In this document: positions 26,169-32,000 of the stretch, one piece after another
Position numbering within the stretch: the first letter of the stretch is position 1
How the letters are laid out: every line of letters begins with the position of its first letter
Assembly: GCF_001457615.1 (NCBI RefSeq)
Contig: NZ_LN831024.1
Location: forward strand, 150,001 to 182,000
Direction: 5' to 3'
Source: Pseudomonas aeruginosa
GTDB lineage: Bacteria > Pseudomonadota > Gammaproteobacteria > Pseudomonadales > Pseudomonadaceae
DNA: 32,000 nt
Made by a program: the position numbers and the translations under genes
The notes under the pieces: model-generated
Seen by the model: only the letters and a program-made list of their open reading frames with translations
Told to the model about the DNA's origin: nothing
The model's database searches: none

Positions 26169-27008
26169 ATGAGCGAACTCCCGGAACACCCCGCCACCCT
26201 GGCGCCGCCGACCGTCCTTTCGCCGGCCAAGCGCATCGAGGCCTTCACCGGCGATCCCAACTTCATGACCTCGCTGGCCCGTGGCCTGGCGGTGATCCAT
26301 GCGTTCCAGGAGCGCAAGCGGCACCTGACCATCGCCCAGATCAGCCACCGCACCGAGATACCCCGCGCCGCCGTGCGTCGCTGCCTGCACACGCTGATGC
26401 AGCTTGGCTACGCCACCACCGACGGGCGCACCTACTCGCTGTTGCCGAAGGTGCTCACCCTCGGCCACGCCTACCTGTCGTCGACGCCGCTGGCGATCAC
26501 TGCGCAGCCGATCCTCGACCGCCTCAGCGAACAGCTCCACGAAGCCTGTTCGATGGCCACCCTGGAGGGCGACGACGTGCTCTACATCGCCCGTTCGGCC
26601 ACTCCCCAGCGGCTGATTTCGGTGGACCTCAACGTCGGCAGCCGGCTGCCCGCCTATTGCACCTCGATGGGCCGCATCCTCCTCGCCGCGCTGGACGACG
26701 ACGCGCTGCACGCCTACTTCGGCGGAGTGGAGATGCAGGCCAAGACCAGCCGTACCCTGTATACCCCCGAGACCCTGCTGCCGTGCCTGGTGGAGATTCG
26801 TCGCCAGGGCTGGTGCATCGTCGACCAGGAGCTGGAAGTCGGCCTGCGCTCGCTGGCGGTGCCGGTACGCGACTCCGCCGGCCATGTGCTCGCCGCGCTG
26901 AACGTCGGCACCCATGCCGGGCGGGTCTCCCGCGCCGAACTGGAAAGCCGTTTCCTGCCGTTGCTGCTGGAGGCCAGCCGCGAGCTGAGCGCGCGCCTGT
27001 TCACCTGA
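26169..27008 (+). CDS. pcaR: IclR-family transcriptional regulator of pca genes
   Basis: MSELPEHPATLAPPTVLSPAKRIEAFTGDPNFMTSLARGLAVIHAFQERKRHLTIAQISHRTEIPRAAVRRCLHTLMQLGY...; IclR HTH and effector domain. Confidence 0.92.
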   Translation: MSELPEHPATLAPPTVLSPAKRIEAFTGDPNFMTSLARGLAVIHAFQERKRHLTIAQISHRTEIPRAAVRRCLHTLMQLGYATTDGRTYSLLPKVLTLGHAYLSSTPLAITAQPILDRLSEQLHEACSMATLEGDDVLYIARSATPQRLISVDLNVGSRLPAYCTSMGRILLAALDDDALHAYFGGVEMQAKTSRTLYTPETLLPCLVEIRRQGWCIVDQELEVGLRSLAVPVRDSAGHVLAALNVGTHAGRVSRAELESRFLPLLLEASRELSARLFT

Positions 27009-27160
27009 CGCCGGAGGCGATCCCCTCCACAAGTTTGGAAAAGGAACCCCCGCTTCCATCTGATAGTCGCAATCCTTGGGGACGCGGCTAGAATCCCTGC
27101 CAATTCTGGGAGTTTCCGGCCGGATCGGCCGGTATCTGTATGGATCGCGAAGGGGAAGGC

Positions 27161-28312
27161 ATGTCAGACGCCAGAGGCGCTTTTCATTCCAAAGGTCGCT
27201 GGTCGCGGATGGCGCTGCCCGCCATCCTGTGCGCCGGCCTGCTTGTCGGTTGCGGCGCCGAGCCGCCCGCCGAGGAACACGTCCGTGTGCTGGCGCAGAC
27301 GGTGAAGATGGCCGAGTTCGCCTCGGCCACCTCGATCACCGGCGACATCCAGGCACGGGTACAGGCCGACCAGTCGTTCCGTGTCGGCGGCAAGATCGTC
27401 GAGCGCCTGGTCGATGTCGGCGACCACGTCGCGGCTGGCCAGGTGTTGGCGCGGCTCGACCCGCAGGACCAGCGCAGCAACGTGGAGAACGCCCAGGCGG
27501 CGGTCGCCGCGCAGCAGGCGCAGTCGAAGCTCGCCGACCTCAACTACCAGCGGCAGAAGGCGCTGCTGCCCAAGGGCTACACCAGCCAGAGCGAGTACGA
27601 CCAGGCGCTGGCCTCGGTGCGCAGCGCGCAGAGTTCGCTGAAGGCCGCCCAGGCGCAGTTGGCCAACGCCCGCGACCTGCTTTCCTATACCGAGCTGCGT
27701 GCCTCCGACGCCGGGGTCATCACCGCCCGCCAGGCCGAGGTCGGCCAGGTGGTGCAGGCCACCGTGCCGATCTTCACCCTGGCCCGCGACGGCGAGCGCG
27801 ACGCGGTGTTCAACGTCTACGAGTCGTTGTTCAGCCACGATGTCGACGGCCAGCGGATCACCGTCAGCCTGCTCGGCAAGCCGGAAGTCACCGCCAGCGG
27901 CAAGGTCCGCGAGATCACCCCCACGGTGGACGAGCGCAGCGGTACGCTGAAGGTCAAGGTCGGCCTCGACTCGGTGCCGGCGGAAATGAGCCTCGGCAGC
28001 GTGGTCAACGCCAGCGTCGCCGCGCCGGCCGAGCACAGCGTGGTGCTGCCCTGGTCGGCGCTGTCCAAGGTCGGCGAGCAGCCGGCGGTCTGGTTGCTCG
28101 ACCAGCAAGGCAAGGCGCGTCTGCAACCGGTGCGGGTGGCACGCTACGCCAGCGAGAAGGTGGTCATCGACGGTGGCCTGGAGGCGGGCCAGACGGTGGT
28201 CACGGTGGGCGGCCAACTGCTCCATCCGGGCCAGGTGGTCGAGGTGGCCCAGCCGCCGCAGCCGACCCAGAGCACCGCCAGCCGCGACGCCGTGGGCGGA
28301 GGCCAGCCATGA
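27161..28312 (+). CDS. triA: RND efflux membrane fusion (periplasmic adaptor) lipoprotein, first
   Basis: MSDARGAFHSKGRWSRMALPAILCAGLLVGCGAEPP; adaptor motifs GGKIVERLVDVGDHVAAGQVLARLDPQD; order MFP-MFP-RND. Confidence 0.92.
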   Translation: MSDARGAFHSKGRWSRMALPAILCAGLLVGCGAEPPAEEHVRVLAQTVKMAEFASATSITGDIQARVQADQSFRVGGKIVERLVDVGDHVAAGQVLARLDPQDQRSNVENAQAAVAAQQAQSKLADLNYQRQKALLPKGYTSQSEYDQALASVRSAQSSLKAAQAQLANARDLLSYTELRASDAGVITARQAEVGQVVQATVPIFTLARDGERDAVFNVYESLFSHDVDGQRITVSLLGKPEVTASGKVREITPTVDERSGTLKVKVGLDSVPAEMSLGSVVNASVAAPAEHSVVLPWSALSKVGEQPAVWLLDQQGKARLQPVRVARYASEKVVIDGGLEAGQTVVTVGGQLLHPGQVVEVAQPPQPTQSTASRDAVGGGQP

Positions 28313-29379
28313 AGCCGTTTTCCCTCGCCGGCCTGTTCGGCTTCGTCCTGCTCCTCTCCGGCTGCGGCGACGAGCCGCCGCCGGCACCGCCGCGGCCGGT
28401 GCTGACGGTGACCGTGAAGACCCTGAAGAACGACGACCTCGGTCGCTTCGCCGGGAGCATCCAGGCGCGCTACGAGAGCGTGCTCGGCTTCCGCACCAAC
28501 GGACGGATCGCCTCGCGCCTGTTCGACGTCGGTGACTTCGTCGGCAAGGGCGCGCTGCTGGCGACCCTCGACCCCACCGACCAGCAGAACCAGTTGCGCG
28601 CCAGCCAGGGCGATCTGGCCAGCGCCGAGGCACAGTTGATCGACGCCCAGGCCAATGCCCGGCGCCAGGAAGAACTGTTCGCCCGCAGCGTCACCGCCCA
28701 GGCGCGCCTGGACGATGCGCGGACCCGCCTGAAGACCAGCCAGGCCAGCTTCGACCAGGCCAAAGCGGCGGTGCAGCAGGCCAGGGACCAGCTTTCCTAC
28801 ACGCGCCTGGTGACCGATTTCGACGGCGTCATCACCACCTGGCACGCCGAGGCCGGGCAAGTGGTCAGCGCCGGCCAGGCGGTGGTCACCCTGGCCCGGC
28901 CCGAAGTGCGCGAGGCAGTCTTCGACCTGCCCACCGAGGTCGCCGAGAGCCTGCCGGCCGACGCGCGCTTCCTGGTCAGCGCCCAGCTCGACCCGCAGGC
29001 CAGGACCACCGGCAGCATCCGCGAGCTGGGTCCGCAGGCCGACGCCTCGACCCGCACCCGTCGCGTGCGCCTGAGCCTGGCGCAGACGCCGGAGGCGTTT
29101 CGCCTCGGTTCGACCATCCAGGTCCAGCTGAGCAGCGCCGGTAGCGTGCGCAGCGTGCTGCCGGCCAGCGTGCTGCTGGAGCGGGACGGCAAGACCCAGG
29201 TCTGGGTCGTCGATGGGAAACAGTCCAGCGTGGCCCTGCGCGAGGTACAGGTGCTCAGCCGCGACGAACGCCAGGTGGTGATCGGACAGGGCCTGGCCGA
29301 CGGCGACCGGGTGGTCCGCGCCGGAGTCAACAGCCTCAAGCCCGGCCAGAAGATCAAACTCGACGAGGATGCGCGATGA
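28309..29379 (+). CDS. triB: RND efflux membrane fusion (periplasmic adaptor) lipoprotein, second
   Basis: ATG overlaps triA stop; MKPFSLAGLFGFVLLLSGCGDEPP lipobox; FRTNGRIASRLFDVGDFVGKGALLATLDPTDQ. Confidence 0.93.
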   Translation: MKPFSLAGLFGFVLLLSGCGDEPPPAPPRPVLTVTVKTLKNDDLGRFAGSIQARYESVLGFRTNGRIASRLFDVGDFVGKGALLATLDPTDQQNQLRASQGDLASAEAQLIDAQANARRQEELFARSVTAQARLDDARTRLKTSQASFDQAKAAVQQARDQLSYTRLVTDFDGVITTWHAEAGQVVSAGQAVVTLARPEVREAVFDLPTEVAESLPADARFLVSAQLDPQARTTGSIRELGPQADASTRTRRVRLSLAQTPEAFRLGSTIQVQLSSAGSVRSVLPASVLLERDGKTQVWVVDGKQSSVALREVQVLSRDERQVVIGQGLADGDRVVRAGVNSLKPGQKIKLDEDAR

Positions 29380-32000
29380 AGGGCGGTTTCAACCTGTCGG
29401 ACTGGGCCCTGCGCCACCAGTCCCTGGTCTGGTACCTGATGGCGGTATCGCTGGTGATGGGCGTGTTCTCCTACCTCAACCTGGGGCGCGAGGAGGATCC
29501 CTCGTTCGCCATCAAGACCATGGTCATCCAGACCCGCTGGCCGGGCGCCACGGTGGACGACACCCTGGAGCAGGTCACCGACCGCATCGAGAAGAAGCTC
29601 GAGGAGCTGGACTCGCTGGATTACGTGAAGAGCTACACGCGACCCGGCGAATCGACGGTCTTCGTCTACCTGAAGGACACCACCAAGGCCGGCGACATCC
29701 CGGATATCTGGTACCAGGTGCGCAAGAAGATCTCCGACATCCAGGGGGAATTCCCCCAGGGCATCCAGGGACCGGGTTTCAACGACGAGTTCGGCGACGT
29801 GTTCGGCAGCGTCTACGCCTTCACCGCCGACGGCCTGGACTTCCGCCAGCTGCGCGACTACGTGGAGAAGGTGCGCCTGGACATCCGCTCGGTGAAAGAC
29901 CTGGGCAAGGTGCAGATGATCGGTGCGCAGAACGAGGTCATCTACCTCAACTTCTCCACCCGCAAGCTGGCCGCCCTCGGTCTCGACCAGCGCCAGGTCG
30001 TGCAGAGCCTGCAGGCGCAGAACGCGGTGACCCCGTCCGGCGTGGTCGAGGCCGGCCCCGAGCGCATCTCGGTGCGCACCTCAGGCAACTTCCGTTCGGA
30101 AAAGGACCTGCAGGCGGTCAACCTGCGGGTCAACGATCGTTTCTACCGGCTGTCCGACCTGGCCAGCATCAGCCGCGATTTCGTCGACCCGCCGACCTCG
30201 CTGTTCCGCTACAAGGGCGAGCCGGCCATCGGCCTGGCGGTGGCGATGAAGGAGGGCGGCAATATCCTCGAGTTCGGCGAGGCGCTCAATGCGCGCATGC
30301 AGGAGATCACCGGCGAACTGCCGGTTGGCGTCGGCGTGCACCAGGTGTCGAACCAGGCCCAGGTGGTGAAGAAGGCGGTCGGCGGTTTCACCCGGGCGCT
30401 GTTCGAGGCGGTGGTGATCGTCCTCATCGTCAGCTTCGTCAGCCTCGGCCTGCGCGCCGGGCTGGTGGTGGCCTGCTCGATCCCGCTGGTGCTGGCGATG
30501 GTCTTCGTGTTCATGGAATACACCGACATCACCATGCAGCGGGTTTCCCTCGGCGCGCTGATCATCGCCCTCGGCCTGCTGGTGGACGATGCCATGATCA
30601 CCGTGGAGATGATGATCACGCGCCTCGAACTGGGCGACTCGCTGCACGACTCGGCGACCTACGCCTACACCTCGACGGCCTTCCCGATGCTCACCGGGAC
30701 CCTGGTGACGGTGGCCGGCTTCGTGCCCATCGGGCTCAACGCCAGCTCCGCCGGCGAGTACACCTTCACCCTGTTCGCAGTGATCGCCGTGGCGCTGCTG
30801 CTGTCGTGGATCGTCGCGGTGCTGTTCGCCCCGGTGATCGCCGTGCACATCCTGCCGAAGACTCTCAAGCACAAGTCGGAGCAGAAGAAGGGCCGCATCG
30901 CCGAGCGTTTCGACAGCCTGCTGCACCTGGCGATGCGCCGGCGCTGGACGACCATCTTCCTCACCGCGCTGCTGTTCGGCGTGTCGCTGTTCCTGATGAA
31001 GTTCGTCCAGCACCAGTTCTTCCCGTCTTCCGACCGTCCGGAACTGCTGGTCGACCTCAACCTGCCGCAAAACAGCAGCATCCACGAGACCAGGGCGGTG
31101 ATGGACCGCCTGGAAGCGACGCTGAAGGACGACGAGGACATCGACCACTGGAGCGCCTACGTCGGCGAAGGCGCGATCCGCTTCTACCTGCCGCTGGACC
31201 AGCAGTTGCAGAACAACTTCTATGGCCAGCTGGTGATCGTCACCAAGGACCTGGAGGCCCGCGAGCGCGTCGCCGCGCGCCTGCGCGATCGCTTGCGCAA
31301 GGACTACGTCGGCATCAGCACCTACGTGCAGCCGCTGGAGATGGGGCCGCCGGTGGGACGGCCGATCCAGTACCGGGTCAGCGGACCGCAGATCGACAAG
31401 GTCCGCGAGTACGCCATGGGCCTGGCCGGCGTGCTCGACGGCAACCCGAACATCGGCGATATCGTCTACGACTGGAACGAGCCCGGGAAGATGCTCAAGA
31501 TCGACATCGCCCAGGACAAGGCGCGCCAGCTCGGGCTTTCCTCCGAGGACGTGGCGCAGATCATGAACAGCGTGGTGACCGGCAGCGCGGTGACCCAGGT
31601 GCGCGACGACATCTACCTGGTGAACGTCATCGGCCGCGCCGAGGATAGCGAGCGCGGCTCGCTGGAGACCCTGGAGAGCCTGCAGATCGTCACGCCCAGC
31701 GGCACCTCGATCCCGCTCAAGGCGTTCGCCAAGGTCAGCTACGAGCTGGAGCAGCCGCTGGTGTGGCGCCGCGACCGCAAGCCGACGATCACGGTGAAGG
31801 CGTCGCTGCGCGGCGAGATCCAGCCCACCGACCTGGTCGCCCGGCTGGCGCCGGAGGTCAAGCGCTTCGCCGACGGCCTGCCGGCGAACTACCGGATCGA
31901 AGTGGGCGGCACGGTGGAGGAGAGCGGCAAGGCCGAGGGCCCGATCGCCAAGGTGGTGCCGCTGATGCTGTTCCTCATGGCGACCTTCCTGATGATCCAG
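29376..32000 (+). CDS. triC: RND efflux transporter, 5' portion (cut by window end)
   Basis: Frame 3 from ATG 29376 ([59 protein letters not shown]); last codons checked are in the same frame at 32000. Missing from the supplied ORF track, presumably because no stop lies in the window. Confidence 0.94.
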   Translation, partial: MKGGFNLSDWALRHQSLVWYLMAVSLVMGVFSYLNLGREEDPSFAIKTMVIQTRWPGATVDDTLEQVTDRIEKKLEELDSLDYVKSYTRPGESTVFVYLKDTTKAGDIPDIWYQVRKKISDIQGEFPQGIQGPGFNDEFGDVFGSVYAFTADGLDFRQLRDYVEKVRLDIRSVKDLGKVQMIGAQNEVIYLNFSTRKLAALGLDQRQVVQSLQAQNAVTPSGVVEAGPERISVRTSGNFRSEKDLQAVNLRVNDRFYRLSDLASISRDFVDPPTSLFRYKGEPAIGLAVAMKEGGNILEFGEALNARMQEITGELPVGVGVHQVSNQAQVVKKAVGGFTRALFEAVVIVLIVSFVSLGLRAGLVVACSIPLVLAMVFVFMEYTDITMQRVSLGALIIALGLLVDDAMITVEMMITRLELGDSLHDSATYAYTSTAFPMLTGTLVTVAGFVPIGLNASSAGEYTFTLFAVIAVALLLSWIVAVLFAPVIAVHILPKTLKHKSEQKKGRIAERFDSLLHLAMRRRWTTIFLTALLFGVSLFLMKFVQHQFFPSSDRPELLVDLNLPQNSSIHETRAVMDRLEATLKDDEDIDHWSAYVGEGAIRFYLPLDQQLQNNFYGQLVIVTKDLEARERVAARLRDRLRKDYVGISTYVQPLEMGPPVGRPIQYRVSGPQIDKVREYAMGLAGVLDGNPNIGDIVYDWNEPGKMLKIDIAQDKARQLGLSSEDVAQIMNSVVTGSAVTQVRDDIYLVNVIGRAEDSERGSLETLESLQIVTPSGTSIPLKAFAKVSYELEQPLVWRRDRKPTITVKASLRGEIQPTDLVARLAPEVKRFADGLPANYRIEVGGTVEESGKAEGPIAKVVPLMLFLMATFLMIQ

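Noticed and set aside
30081-31148. 355 aa minus-strand ORF antisense to triC
   Set aside because: Shadow of the RND transporter frame
29369-31648. 759 aa plus-strand ORF in the supplied track as the apparent gene after triB
   Set aside because: Wrong frame; triC is frame 3 from ATG 29376 and is absent from the track because its stop is beyond the window

Overview
This window matches the Pseudomonas aeruginosa chromosome, roughly PA0132 to PA0158 (locus tags from memory, not searched). Gene order: end of bauA(-) | bauR(+) | guanine deaminase(-) | ~1.2 kb atypical region with TGTGGA(T/A)AA repeats | nucleoside-type ABC importer (ATPase + 2 permeases, +) | ahpC-ahpF(+) | ppk2(-) | 8-oxoguanine deaminase(+) | nuh-like nucleoside hydrolase(+) | two paralogous nucleoside 2-deoxyribosyltransferase-like genes(-) | BMP-family binding protein(+) | IPNS-like 2OG-Fe(II) oxygenase(+) | adenine/adenosine deaminase family(+) | ECF sigma / FecR / TonB receptor(+) | pcaQ, pcaH, pcaG, pcaR(+) | triA, triB, triC(+, cut by the window end). 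Most genes are known families. The best candidates for something new are: (1) the 3127-4307 region, which holds seven same-strand TGTGGA motifs including three perfect DnaA-box 9-mers (TGTGGATAA); (2) the dispersed purine/nucleoside gene set, including a Tat-signal-bearing deoxyribosyltransferase-like protein beside a cytosolic paralog and an uncharacterised IPNS-like dioxygenase, with ahpCF and ppk2 in the middle; (3) two apparent 1-nt frameshifts in adjacent genes (ppk2 N-terminus and 8-oxoguanine deaminase). I saw no CRISPR array, tRNA/rRNA or transposase.
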